In this document: positions 11,301 to 24,636 of the stretch, piece after piece
Numbering within the stretch: the stretch's first letter is position 1
How the letters are laid out: every line of letters starts with the position of its first letter
Assembly (NCBI GenBank): GCA_051362555.1
Contig: CM120644.1
Span: 12,174,567 to 12,238,566 of the forward strand
Direction of reading: 5' to 3'
DNA: 64,000 nucleotides
DNA from: Lingula anatina
Taxonomy: Eukaryota; Animalia; Brachiopoda
Translations under genes and position numbers: made by a program
Notes under the pieces: generated by a model
Databases searched by the model: none
Told to the model about the DNA's origin: nothing
The model's input: only the letters and a program-made list of their open reading frames with translations

Positions 11301-14300
11301 ATCATCCCAGGTATATCCGTAATGTATAAGGTGGCGAATTTCTCGTTCTAAGAGCTTCGTTGTAATGGGATCCAGTTCCAGCTTGCTGTTGGCCAGTCTC
11401 CAGTTGGGACCCTCATTTCTCTTTACACAGTATCCAAATACCAAATCTGAAGAAAATAAAGAGACTAACTTTAAGAAATTACTAAATTTCTAACCAAAAT
11501 GAAACCTTAATTGACTTAGCTAATTAAAAATAGAAAACCAAACCTGAAATACTGGTACAGACATTTCAAACATGTCAAGGGTCTTATTTATCAAAAATAA
11601 GAAATGTAAAAGCAATATACGACAAAGAAAACATTTTATTTCTTATTAAATGAGATTTCCATTATCAGTTTCAATTAGGGTGTGTCATTCCCAAATTTTA
11701 ATTTTCCATAAAATATTACTTGCTATTTCAAAAGTATGACAGGTACCATGGTAACATATGATACAGGTAGTGTGTTAACTGCAATGTATGAAAAAAACAA
11801 ATATCCTGATAAGAGAACGGCTCTTTACATGAGAATGTTTGCATAATAAGTGCCTTAAAAACCCTACTAATGGTTGCTCTTATTCTGGTAACTGGGAAAA
11901 CCCAAAATACTTTGCTTTTCCATCAAATCCTGGTGACTAAAATAGGGACATTTTAGATAAATTGACAGAATCTTTAAATAATGAACAACCGTATTCTATT
12001 TATCAATTATATCTGGTGACAATTAATGGTGCTATTTTTCCTTACCAAGGTGAAAAAAGTGTACATGAGCCTGCATATATACATGTACCCCTTCACCAAA
12101 TGAACCAGTGACACCACAGAAGAGACAATGCACCTAATTGCTACGCCTTAATACAATTACTGAATAATTAACTTAGTATAGACCAATTTTGTCAGGGTTA
12201 CATCATGGCAATATACCAGAAGTTAATCCCTCTGCCTTGAGAGAAAAACACGGAAAATCACTTAAGGTAAATGTTTGTAGAAAGGCCAATATTAATTATC
12301 ATCAATGGAAGTTAGCTGTTTCAGGTAAAATGTACCCATATGCATTGCAAGGCCAGCTCATTGCAGACATACACAAAGGGTTTATAACTTGATTGCTGAT
12401 TGTCTTCCGTAAAAATCGAATTAATGCAATATCGATGAAACTGTCTGCAACACAGTGTGTTATTTCTGTGAACCGCACTTTGAGCAGAAATATCCCCACT
12501 CTGTCTAAGACAATTATGTTATTGGTACATTCCCTTGGTCATCCAGGAGCACTGTTTCCAATTGAAACACTTTAACGAAATAATTGGACTTGACATCTAT
12601 TTAGATGACTTCCTTATGTAAAAACTAGACTATTAAATCTTTCTAAATAGTACAAAATAAATAAGTATATGTATAGCATGGTGTGAAACAAACCTAGCAC
12701 CCATTGTACTGACTGCCTCACTTAAGTATTAGTAATGGAATGCATATTGTTCAAATAAAGTAAAAATGCTCACAAAAGTTAGACCTATTTTAATATAATT
12801 TTCTTTTTATTATTATTATTATTTTTTTTTTTTTTTGTAAATATTGTCTCCAAATGAGCCTTAATAATTAGCTTGATCAGCTCAATCTGCATGCACTTGT
12901 ATCTGTGGCCAAAAATTGTAAATATACAAAAGTATAGATGGCACCACCAACAAGCATTTCTTTTTGGGGTTTTATACCGTATATTTAGGCTATGACCAAA
13001 ACTACTCAGACCACTGATCCTTAAGGACCCAACAGCAGGGTTTAAGAATGTACCAGGTACCAGGTTAACAAAGAAACAGTGATCAGAATTTAAATAAATG
13101 TCTGAAATTCATGGCCCAACTTCCAAATAACTGAAATTTGATGTATTATACAGCCATGCCGTTTTATTATGATGGAGTGAAGAGGAGCGTTATATATATC
13201 ATGTTCACAAAAACTATAATAATGACATTTCATCTGAGCTTTCTGCCCACCTTTTCATATTTCTTCTTAAAATCAATCTGAACCCAATTAAGCAAACTGC
13301 ACCCAATGTGTGAAATCTGCAGAGCTAGGAAAAAAAATGTGTAGTGCTAAAATGGCACCCTGGATCGATATTGTTATATCCGGCTTAAAGAGATATTGCT
13401 ATACTAATTGGCTGTCTAATGTGCGCACGGGTTAAAGCAGACTAGCAGACTTCAAAAGCTATAGCACATCCCCACAGGGAATCTTGAGCAAGATGTATGT
13501 TTCAGTGAAAAATAACTGAATGTCACGGACTAAAAAGCCATTTCACATTTAATCTTCCGCGAACCTAAAATCAATTTTTGATGTAATTGATGCTTTCCAT
13601 TCTTGGTAATATGGAAATACAATGATATCTTTCCTCCATTTGACATGCTCCTGCATCATACTACATAAGGGCAGAATGCGTCTATCACTCATGAACGTTC
13701 TTTATAAAAAAAAAAAACGTACTAGCTGACAGACCCGGAGCGCACAGTGGGCACACAAGTGAACGACTCAGAAACAACAGAATATATACAGTACAAAAAT
13801 GAAAAATTGAATGATAAATCTCAAACAATGTTCTTGTTTCAGTTATTTTCCCTAATAACTGATAATTCCAAATAGTATGTTTTTTTTCCTCTAGTTATAC
13901 ATATTGATGTATGGTTTTAAAGAACTTTCGTTATCATTATAATTATAAATATTACACCAAAAGACATCTAAAAGTATATTAAAATCATCTGCGACTGTAT
14001 CAATATAAGAGCATGGTTATTTTCAAGAGCACTATAATAATTATGTTTAATTATCTAAGATTTATCTGTAACAGGATTAAGTTTACTAATTTACTTACCA
14101 TCGATGCATTTTTCGTCAAAATCACACAATGAGATTTCAAAGCGACAACCTGTAAAAAAAGAAAGAGACACTTATGAGAATTAAGATCACCAACAGGTAT
14201 ATTGATGATTTTCAGCAAAATATAGAAACAAACTGCCAATAGATACAAATGTATGAGTAGCTTTCAAATACTGTCTTATAGGGACTTATGTTGATGACAA

Positions 14301-17300
14301 GTCACACCTTTCAGTTTGGTGTTGATCAAGATGATGCTAAATAGTTCAAATGTTTATAGATAGCTATAACAATTATGGAACTTCATTAAACTTTTCAGAA
14401 ACATAACAAGGGTACATTGTGACAACTGCCACACCTAGACCTGTGCACCGACAAAGCCCATAATTTACGTGGATTGATTTGAGATTATATGGGACCTAAA
14501 TCCAAAAGATGGATGGGCTCTTGTAGTCTAGGAAGAGAAGTGGTAACAGTGACATGGCGGCATCAAATACGGGTTGGGACTTAAACCAGTGCCGCTCTGG
14601 TGGTACAAAAAAAAAAAACAGCCCAAAGACTGTTCATCAAAGGTTCAACTGTCACAGGTCACTTAGTTAAGAAGTTATAAATTACAGATTTGAATAGAAA
14701 TTCAAAATTGTCAACTTTTGAGTATTATACCAATTCTAACTGGAGCCTGATGACGGAGAAAAGTAAGGTGTCAGCAGCGCAATTACCACATTTTCATGTT
14801 TTTAAGTAAAATCTTCTCACTAATTACACACAATAAGTGAGTGATAATTAATAATGACGTTAAAGAAAAATGTGGGAGGTTTATGAAGGGTGTTTTTGTA
14901 ATAAGGAACTATACACTAAATATACTTGGAAGATCGTGATGCAAAATCAACCACTGAAAATAAACAAAACTGGCGTGATGAATGTTTTACATCACGTTTC
15001 TACGTATTCCAGAGTTGGTGCATGCTGTCGGCAGCCACATTGTTAGTGAAAACGCGACGGAAAATGTCATAGCATTTCTGTTGTCTTGTCGAAAAAGCCC
15101 TTTGTTTTTTGTTTGTATGTTATAATTCTTAGAATTATGCTTTGGTAACAGGGGTCGATATATATATTAAGATTTCATAATAGTTCGCTGCAGATTATAA
15201 TTATAGTAAAGGTATTTGGTGCATGATTGTGACTTTACAGTTCCAAAAAATTACTGATTTTCAAATGTTGAAAATTAAATACTAGTAAAACATCAAAACA
15301 TGAAAATACAATTCACCCTTTTCACAAAATACATCTGATTATCAGATTGACCAAAGAAAGAAAACCAAGAGAACAATTTCATAAAGAAGAATAATTTTTA
15401 TATATAAAAAAAATTTTCCATATTTTTCAACAAAGAATACATACCGTAATAACTTGATCTTCTCAATGAGCAAAAATTGTGAATTGTTCAGATACTGTTT
15501 TTTTTTTTTCAAGTCATAATTTCTCCAAATTAGAGCATCCCTATTGAGTGGTAGAAGGAAAATTAAAAAAAGCAGACTTCTCTATAGATCTATTCTTTGC
15601 AGTAAGTGCACCACATGCTATATAGAAATTTAATTCTAGTGATTATAAAATTATGCATCTGGAAGTTTCATTGCCCACTGAGAAGATCCAGTAATTACAC
15701 TAAATGAGTAAGTCATTTTGTTGGACAAAAAGCTGGATGAAACCTTTTATCTAAAAGCGCTATGAAAATCAGAGTTTCTGAAAGAGTATGCCTGTGTGGG
15801 ATTTCATAGAAAATGTCTTGGGTGTAATATATTCAAGCTTCCTAGATGGCCAGGATCAATGAGGGCTCGGTGCATAACATCAAAGTCAGCGTCTACTGAC
15901 AGCTCCTGCCAATTCTCTCCTTTCAGAACTGACGACGCTGGCGTCAATAATCCCACAATATGCTTTCAATAATCCACGCAATTTACTTTATTCTTGGACA
16001 AACACTATTGGGTATCACCTAACTCTTCTACTGCAATCTCAAAAACAACTACGATAATTCAGATTCCCGGTCTTATTTGAACCACTCTCAATAGAACCAA
16101 ATGGACAGCAAAAAATCAATTTCATATTATCCAGATTGTGAGACTTAAGTCACTAATAAGCTAGGACTAGCATATGCATATCAATGAAAAGAAAGAAAAG
16201 CTGTTGCATTGATTTACAATCTTGTATAATGCAAACTCACTCCTATGAAAGAGCTGTGATATTTCCTTGAAGAGAAAAGCACACAAGAGAGAAATCCACT
16301 GATCTATATTTGTTGGAGCTGTATTCTACAGTACATTTTAAGTGCCGTCTGCTGAAAACTGCAGCTATATATCCTTCCTTCCTCTTTTTTAATGACAATC
16401 AAAGGGGACAATGATTTTGTATGAGAAAACATATTTTGACTAAATATCATTAGTATCATAAGGCATACCATACTGAAACATAATTTAATTCAACAAAACT
16501 AAATTTTCAAAGCATACAAAGTACTTCGAATGAACAGAAAAGTTGACACTAGGAATTGTTGGGCAATGACTGCATGGGCATAAAATTAATTTACCCTTGT
16601 GTATTAAAATATTTCATAATGGAATAGAAACAATCTGGAAAAAGGAACACAAAAAAATTGAAGAGTCTGTTTGGTGCACTAGAAATAGTAAAGTTAAATA
16701 GTACTTAGTGGAATATGCAAGGCACTTGAAAAATTTTAGTTATGGCTGCATTATTATAGGTGTCTCTAAAAATACAGCCAAGTGAAGTCAAGGCTCAATA
16801 TTTCTGCAAACTGGCTTGGCCCATCACTTGAGAAAAAAATGTCAGCTTTTATCAAAATCCTCTAAGGCATTTATTGATCAATATCAACACTCGCAAATGA
16901 CAAATAAAGCCACTATATTCATTACATGTTCTATCCTAATTTTTTCACCGGATAATCTACAAAATGTAGTACTATATTCGTTTTACAATATGAAAAAAAA
17001 GATGAATCTGATCTATAAAATCTTGACACAAATCAAGACGCCTACGAGTGATATATAAGAGCATAAAAAATACCTCAGCACATGTCAGTCATGGCAAAGT
17101 CTGTTATGTATTATTTGATGACACAAATGTGAAAAAGATACCAATTTTTTTTTAATTTGCTTATGGCAAAAATAGAAGTATTCCGTGTAACCACTTCTGA
17201 AGATTTCAGATGCCGAAACATCTTGGACTGCGCATCAATATTGAGCTCTCCATCACGTAAGGTTTCTCTGAACACGAGAACAACAGGACAATAATAGCTG

Positions 17301-20300
17301 GCACAGGAAGAAGAGATTTCCGTCTAGAATAATTTAGAAACAATTTGATTGATTACAATGGGAACGTTCCATCACAAATTAGCATCTATTGATAATTTTA
17401 TCATGACCTCTTATTTGTCATATCACATGCCAATGTGGATTTGCTGTTTTTCGCCTTTGATATCAAGCATGGTTTAGGGTTGGGGTGAGGGGATGGTTAC
17501 AAAGTTAATAGCTAAAATTCATTATATTTATTGTACTTTTTTTTAAATATCATGGACTGGCGACAACAACTTAACTAATATGATATTATCTTTTTATTCA
17601 AGCCTATGTTTCTTGTACAATTACAAAGACATAAGCAATCTTTAAAAAGTATATAATTGTCATTATTAAAACAAAATAAAGGGATAAGCATAATATGTTA
17701 AAGCAGCACCTTTTAGATACACCCAAAGGTCATTGGTCTAAAAAAATTAATAACATTTACATCAGTTTTTTATAAAAGGGCTCATGGACAGTGAAAAGAA
17801 AAGCGAACATTTGAACCATTGAACCTTCAGACTATTGTCATGTACCTCGATAGTTTTAGAGACCACTCATCTTGTCTCATTTCACACATATTGTATACTG
17901 ACATGCAACTCACAGGGCAGAAAGTTGATGCTCAACCTAATATTCATAATTGGCAGTAAGTCAATACTGAATTGTCATTTCTATCATCATTTGTTAAAGA
18001 GCCCATAATTTAGATAGACGAAACATCAAAAAATAAAAAATACCTCAGCACATGTCAGTCATGGCAAAGTCTGTTATGTATTATTTGATGACACAAATGT
18101 GAAAAAGATACCAATTTTTTTTTAATTTGCTTATGGCAAAAATAGAAGTATTCCGTGTAACCACTTCTGAAGATTTCAGATGCCGAAACATCTTGGACTG
18201 CGCATCAATATTGAGCTCTCCATCACATAAGGTTTCTCTGAACACGAGAACAACAGGACAATAATAGCTGGCACAGGAAGAAGAGATTTCCGTCTAGAAT
18301 AATTTAGAAACAATTTGATTGATTACAATGGGAACGTTCCATCACAAATTAGCATCTATTGATAATTTTATCATGACCTCTTATTTGTCATATCACATGC
18401 CAATGTGGATTTGCTGTTTTTCGCCTTTGATATCAAGCATGGTTTAGGGTTGGGGTGAGGGGATGGTTACAAAGTTAATAGCTAAAATTCATTATATTTA
18501 TTGTACTTTTTTTTAAATATCATGGACTGGCGACAACAACTTAACTAATATGATATTATCTTTTTATTCAAGCCTATGTTTCTTGTACAATTACAAAGAC
18601 ATAAGCAATCTTTAAAAAGTATATAATTGTCATTATTAAAACAAAATAAAGGGATAAGCATAATATGTTAAAGCAGCACCTTTTAGATACACCCAAAGGT
18701 CATTGGTCTAAAAAAATTAATAACATTTACATCAGTTTTTTATAAAAGGGCTCATGGACAGTGAAAAGAAAAGCGAACATTTGAACCATTGAACCTTCAG
18801 ACTATTGTCATGTACCTCGATAGTTTTAGAGACCACTCATCTTGTCTCATTTCACACATATTGTATACTGACATGCAACTCACAGGGCAGAAAGTTGATG
18901 CTCAACCTAATATTCATAATTGGCAGTAAGTCAATACTGAATTGTCATTTCTATCATCATTTGTTAAAGAGCCCATAATTTAGATAGACGAAACATCAAT
19001 ATGGTCCACGAGATAGCGTACTGTTGTACAGCTTGGATATAAACTGATTATTTCATTCTTGAAGCAGATGTGGTGTAAATATGTAGTGATGGAGTGAAAC
19101 TCAAAAGATACCGTGAACTGCCTGTTGTTTTAAATGGCATGTGGGTGTATGCGCATGTTGATGTAGAGAGAGAAAGAGAGTTGTAAAGGGGTTGTACCAA
19201 ATCATATGTTATCAGCAGAAATATTAAGAATAATTTATTGTCAACTGGGTAAGCTCATTGTACAAAAAGGTATTAGATCATCTTTTTTTTTTCCAACTTG
19301 CTCAGTTTCTTAGCAATATAAAAATATGCTAGCATTAAATACACTATAAAGGTATACATTTGAACCAAGCATGGGTGGAGCCTGGGAGCATATAAACCAC
19401 TTCTACTAGTTTCTTATATGAATCAAATAAGAGATGCCAAAAGATAAACTGAATTTATCACTCAATCAGCCATAAAAGAGGCTTAAACTGCACTTTCTTC
19501 AAATTTTTTTCCGTGAATTTGACCTACTTATCTGCTTTACTTATACACAACACAAAAGGCACGCACTAAAATCTGTTAAAATATCATCTTTTGGCTATAT
19601 GAAGTGTGTCTTTGGTATTTTTCTGGACCTTTGTGTCCCAGAAAAATTGACTTCAAATGCATCTTTAACAATAAAATTTATTTTAAAAAAATTGCTAACT
19701 TAAATTTTCTCACTCAACTTTTAAATTGCCTTTGGCTTTCTGTAATCAATATAGTGAAAGAGAAAAAAATCTCAAGTTGTGTTTGACTTCCTTTGTTGAT
19801 CAAATGGTAAATTTTGGACAATATGGACAGCAGATTAACTTTTAGTTACCTATATAAGTATGAAAGTTTATACTTATGAATTTATCAGTTTTATACCAGT
19901 TACAAACAGCAGAACCAATTGGAAACATTTATATATTAACATTTACACCGAGACATGATGACAATATCATTATAAAGTCTGGCTTCTTCCAAAAACACTA
20001 AACTTCTAATCGATTAGCTTGTGAAATGAACTCATCCACATATCTTCCTACTCTTTGTGGCAATCAAAAAAGTCTGCAAGCAGAAGGAGTTCATCAGTTC
20101 ATACCCCTATCTGGCAAATTAAGGCACGTCATTTTTTTGAGGAAAAAATTGAAAAAAAAGAAGGGAATTATGAAGCTATGCTTTTTACTGACTCTAATAA
20201 GTAAAACCTAGTAGTCTTCAGTCTGAAAACATGGGAGAATAAGAGGCAATCATTTCTAGTTTAATAACAAGTAAAACAATGTTACATTATTTGTAGTCAA

Positions 20301-23300
20301 TCCAAGCGAAAAACTTCCCTTCACTGAAAATATCCTTATTAAATGTTGTCATCCATTAACACTAAGCCTGCCATTGCTGGTGGCATTCTGAGAAATCAGT
20401 TTACGAAATTCATGTTACTGTACGTATATTCCAACCTTGACCCAATACCCTACAGTACATACTAATACTTATCGGGTTATATGTCCGTAGTGTGTGAACA
20501 GGGTACAGATTTCACATTGAGGAATATATCATTTTTAAAAGCCCGTTGCACATGTCTGTGATCTGTATACTACTGTAGGTGACATCAACCACCTTTTAAT
20601 TTAAAAGCTTAACCTAGTTAAATATAGTTCTCCAACTCGAGTTAAAACAAAAAAAGAACCAGAGGGGCCTTAAGCAACAGGAATGCTTTCATTCACAGTT
20701 CACAGGCTCTAGTATGCGGACCCCGATTTGTCAATATTGACACAGGAGTAACCTCCTAATACAAACTGTGTATGTTCAAATCGGTTAAAATAGGCTGGAT
20801 TATGACTTGACTCAGTCCGGGATGTCAACACAATGGGATAATCACACACAAATCACAAACACTTACACATGTAACATTTCAGCATGGAAATACCACCCTT
20901 CCCCCTCTCAATAACTTCTACCACCACCTACACTTTATATGCATTTGTATTACTTATCATACTACTGTATATGTATATTAATTTATTTGTCAAAGAGATT
21001 CTGTAAATGCTCACTAGATTTTACCAAATTTGAATTTTTAAACATCCCAAATCATGTATGAAGACATGAAGCTGAAAATTTCAAAAACTATAAATATTGA
21101 TAAAAAAGTATGTTTTGGGGAGTATCAAAAATGAAAAATCTACAAAAAGGATAAATTTTTGAAAAAAAGGGGGTGATATTTGAAATTAATCAACAATTAC
21201 CGTAAACAGTGGTTTAGATACAGAGAGGAACATAAACACACTCCTCCTGGATAATGTACATGTATGCTTCTACACATAACACAATTAACTGTTTCAACTC
21301 ATTTCCCAAGAGGAAATTAAAATGTAACCTCTTCAAGAGTACATGTGGGAAAAAATCAATCAATCCTATAGGTAAATGTGTTGAAAGTTCAATATGTTTC
21401 AAAGTTCAGAAATATATATAACCTAGACCAGACTAGGCCAGAGGAAAAAGTGGGTGTAGAGGGAGGGAGGGGGGTGGGGGGCATCACCACACACTTTTAA
21501 TCTTTTCATTTGCAAATACTCATACTGTGTAACAATGGTGGCAGTGGTATAGAGCGCATTCTCAACGAATTAAGCCAGGCTTTACAAAGCCGGTGACCTA
21601 AAAATGGCGGACGTACATGAAAGAAAAACCGCCTAATCTTTTAATAGTCTCTCCGCCTCTCACACGCCTCCCCACACGTCGTCCCTGCGGGGTACAGTAA
21701 TTAAATCTCGGCTCCGAACATTAATATTTCCGTGAATATCTCTGGTGATATTATCTCCGTAGAAAGTCGATTCATTGCTGCTCTACGGGCCAAATTATTC
21801 CTTTTTCGTCTCTGTTTTCAAAGATAATAGAACAGAAGAACCTTTTTCCTTCGATCGCCTTCAGCCGCCATGCTTTCTTCACCAAGAGTTTAACTGATGA
21901 GCATGCGCACTTAATATTTCTCAGGTAGCTTCCGCATGGCGAACGGAGACGCGATTTAATTACTGTACCCCGCAGGGACGACGTGTGGGGAGGCGGAGAG
22001 ACTATTAAAAGATTAGGCGGTTTTTCTTTCATGTACGTCTGCCATTTTTAGGTCACCGGCTTTGTAAAGCCTGGCTTAATTCGTTGAGAATGCGCTCATA
22101 GAGAGCAGTTGCACTCCGCCTTTCAGTATTTGGGGGCAGAGGAGTGTAGTGACTGGCTGGGGGTAGATCTGGGCTCAATAGCTCATCGGTAGAGAACTCG
22201 CATGGTGAGCCAGTGTCCTGGCTTCAATAGTGGACAAGTTACGCACTTTCCCCCAAAACACTACAATGTTACATAAAATCCTAACTAGATACTGAAGCCA
22301 TCCAAATGAACTCTCATAATGTTATTTCCATTGATTCCAACTTGTCCTTTTTTCTTTATTATAATTATAAAATGTGTATCAATATTACCCACTGTATTTG
22401 CATGTCGTTTTCCCCGCTATGGTCGTCCCCTAAACCATACTCTGATGTTTCATCTACTAATTTCGCTTAAACATGATTAGTTCCCTTTTAGTGGACCATG
22501 TGTACACAGTGTGTGTCCCTGAGGGAAAAAAAGGAGTCTGCACCATGAGAGAACCAATGTAATTTTCCAATATCCCATCAACCAAATGAGAAACAAATTA
22601 TGGGATGCCCCCAGTGCCATTTTTCTCTCTGTTTGTTTTTGAAATGAGATTCATTGGGTGCAAATTCATAGGGCATCACTGAACGCTGCCAATTACTGCT
22701 ATCTATAGACCTGAAAAAATTGCATTTTGAAAGTATTCTGGGAAAAACACTCTACTGTGGTGAAGTTTCATGTCAAGAGACACCTACGTCTAATTTTCAG
22801 CGTGTTAACTGTTTGAATTTTTTGCTTAGAACATCACATACACTTCAAACATAAAAATAAATACAATTTAAACAACCACCAAAATTGTTGTTGGTGGCTA
22901 AAATAGTTTTCATTATGAAACTTCCTTTACGGGAAACCTTCAATAATTCTGAACAACACTAATGTTTTTGCCTAGCACCATATATGCCTACTTGACTACT
23001 TTCACACCCAATATCTACATAACTGAGAAACTTGGTGAATGAATCATTTTATCTTACACTCACAAAACAGTATGATCATTATTATCATTATTCTTCAAAA
23101 TTAATATCCTATATGTATAATGAGCACGTCTCAAGCCATGTGCCTGTGCTATACTGCATCTGCTATCTACGTCAATGTCCACTAATACAGCAAATTATTT
23201 ACTTGTAAATCTAATATATGACAGCTTGTTAATCCTTAACAGCTTACATTTCATCATTAATTGAGATGTAGATTTAATCTATCAAAAAAATTCCGGATGT

Positions 23301-24585
23301 TATTAGTCACCCACAATTTTTTTTACGGTAACCATAGTAACATATCAAAACCCAACCTTCATCAAACTCGAAATATCTTTAAATCATGGGACAAAGCTAC
23401 TATAAATAACTCTCCAAATAAGTCTCTAGTTTTACAAAATTTTACCTTTGAACTGTGCTTAACATGCCATAGGAAAAGTCTCTCTCCCACTGTCACTTCC
23501 ACACTTCATAAATGAAACTACATATACGTTTGATTTGTACACCTGAATGTTACTTTTGCTATCCTCATTTTCAAAGAATTATGGACTGGAAAAATGCACA
23601 ATTTCCAAGGACTAGGTTCATCAATTTAGAACTTCTAAACAACTACACAAGTTCCCTTTTGACAAAAAATATTAATTAATTAATTAATTAATTAATTAAT
23701 AAACTTAAACTACCTTCATATTTTCTGTTTATTACCTAAAAACCTACCCATATTCATCATATTCCTATTTTTTCTTAAATTAAAAGGAGGAAATCTCCGA
23801 AAGTAGAAAAATGTCACTCCACATGTGGCATCTTATGGGGACGAATCTAGAGGAATATCTAAGAATGTGACCCAGAGAACTGATTCCCCCCAAAAATGGC
23901 CAGAATTTTTCTGTTTTGTATTCTGTTAAATAATGTACTTCATTTCTATAACTTTTAACAATACCATTTTATGAACTTTTTTCATATCTCAAACTTCAGG
24001 CTTTTATTATTAACCTTACTGTTACTATTTATATTTTTATATCACTTTTAAGAGTTCTGTCTGTATTAAAATTTCAGATATATATTGTGTATATTTAAAT
24101 ATATATATTAGCTGAATAAAAATGTTATTTATTATTATTATTATTAATCAAACTAGGGTATAATGTAAACTTGAATAGATGGACTAACCACACCCAAAAC
24201 AGCTGTATCAATATACAATATTTGCTCAATACACTGAAAGAAAATTGGTTAAATATATATTAACCAAGCCTAAGAAGGAGGATTACCAAAGAGTTCTCTA
24301 AAGTTGGGTACTTTTGCGATTAAATAAAACAGAGGAATCATGAAAAAAATTAGAATACATAAGGAAGGTGTTTAGATTTATGAACCATTACCGTAAAACT
24401 TCTTGCTAACAAAACCAGGTATGGCTGCACTCTGTTCTGATCTGGGAAACATAGAGGTATTGATTATACTGTCTCTACCTGCTGAAAATGCTAATTAACC
24501 TCCCTTCATACTATCTCACACACTTAATGCCTATGACCAAGGTTAACAAAGATTATTAGAATAAGACTGAAAACAAGATGAGATG

Positions 24586-24636
<51 letters not shown>

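Noticed and set aside
22171-22240. Functional tRNA gene
   Set aside because: Decayed B box, no acceptor-stem partner, and embedded in TG...CA ends; better explained as a TRIM LTR.
22380-24145. Ancient LINE remnant ending in AATAAA and (TTA)n
   Set aside because: The tail is suggestive, but no RT or endonuclease motif could be read with confidence.
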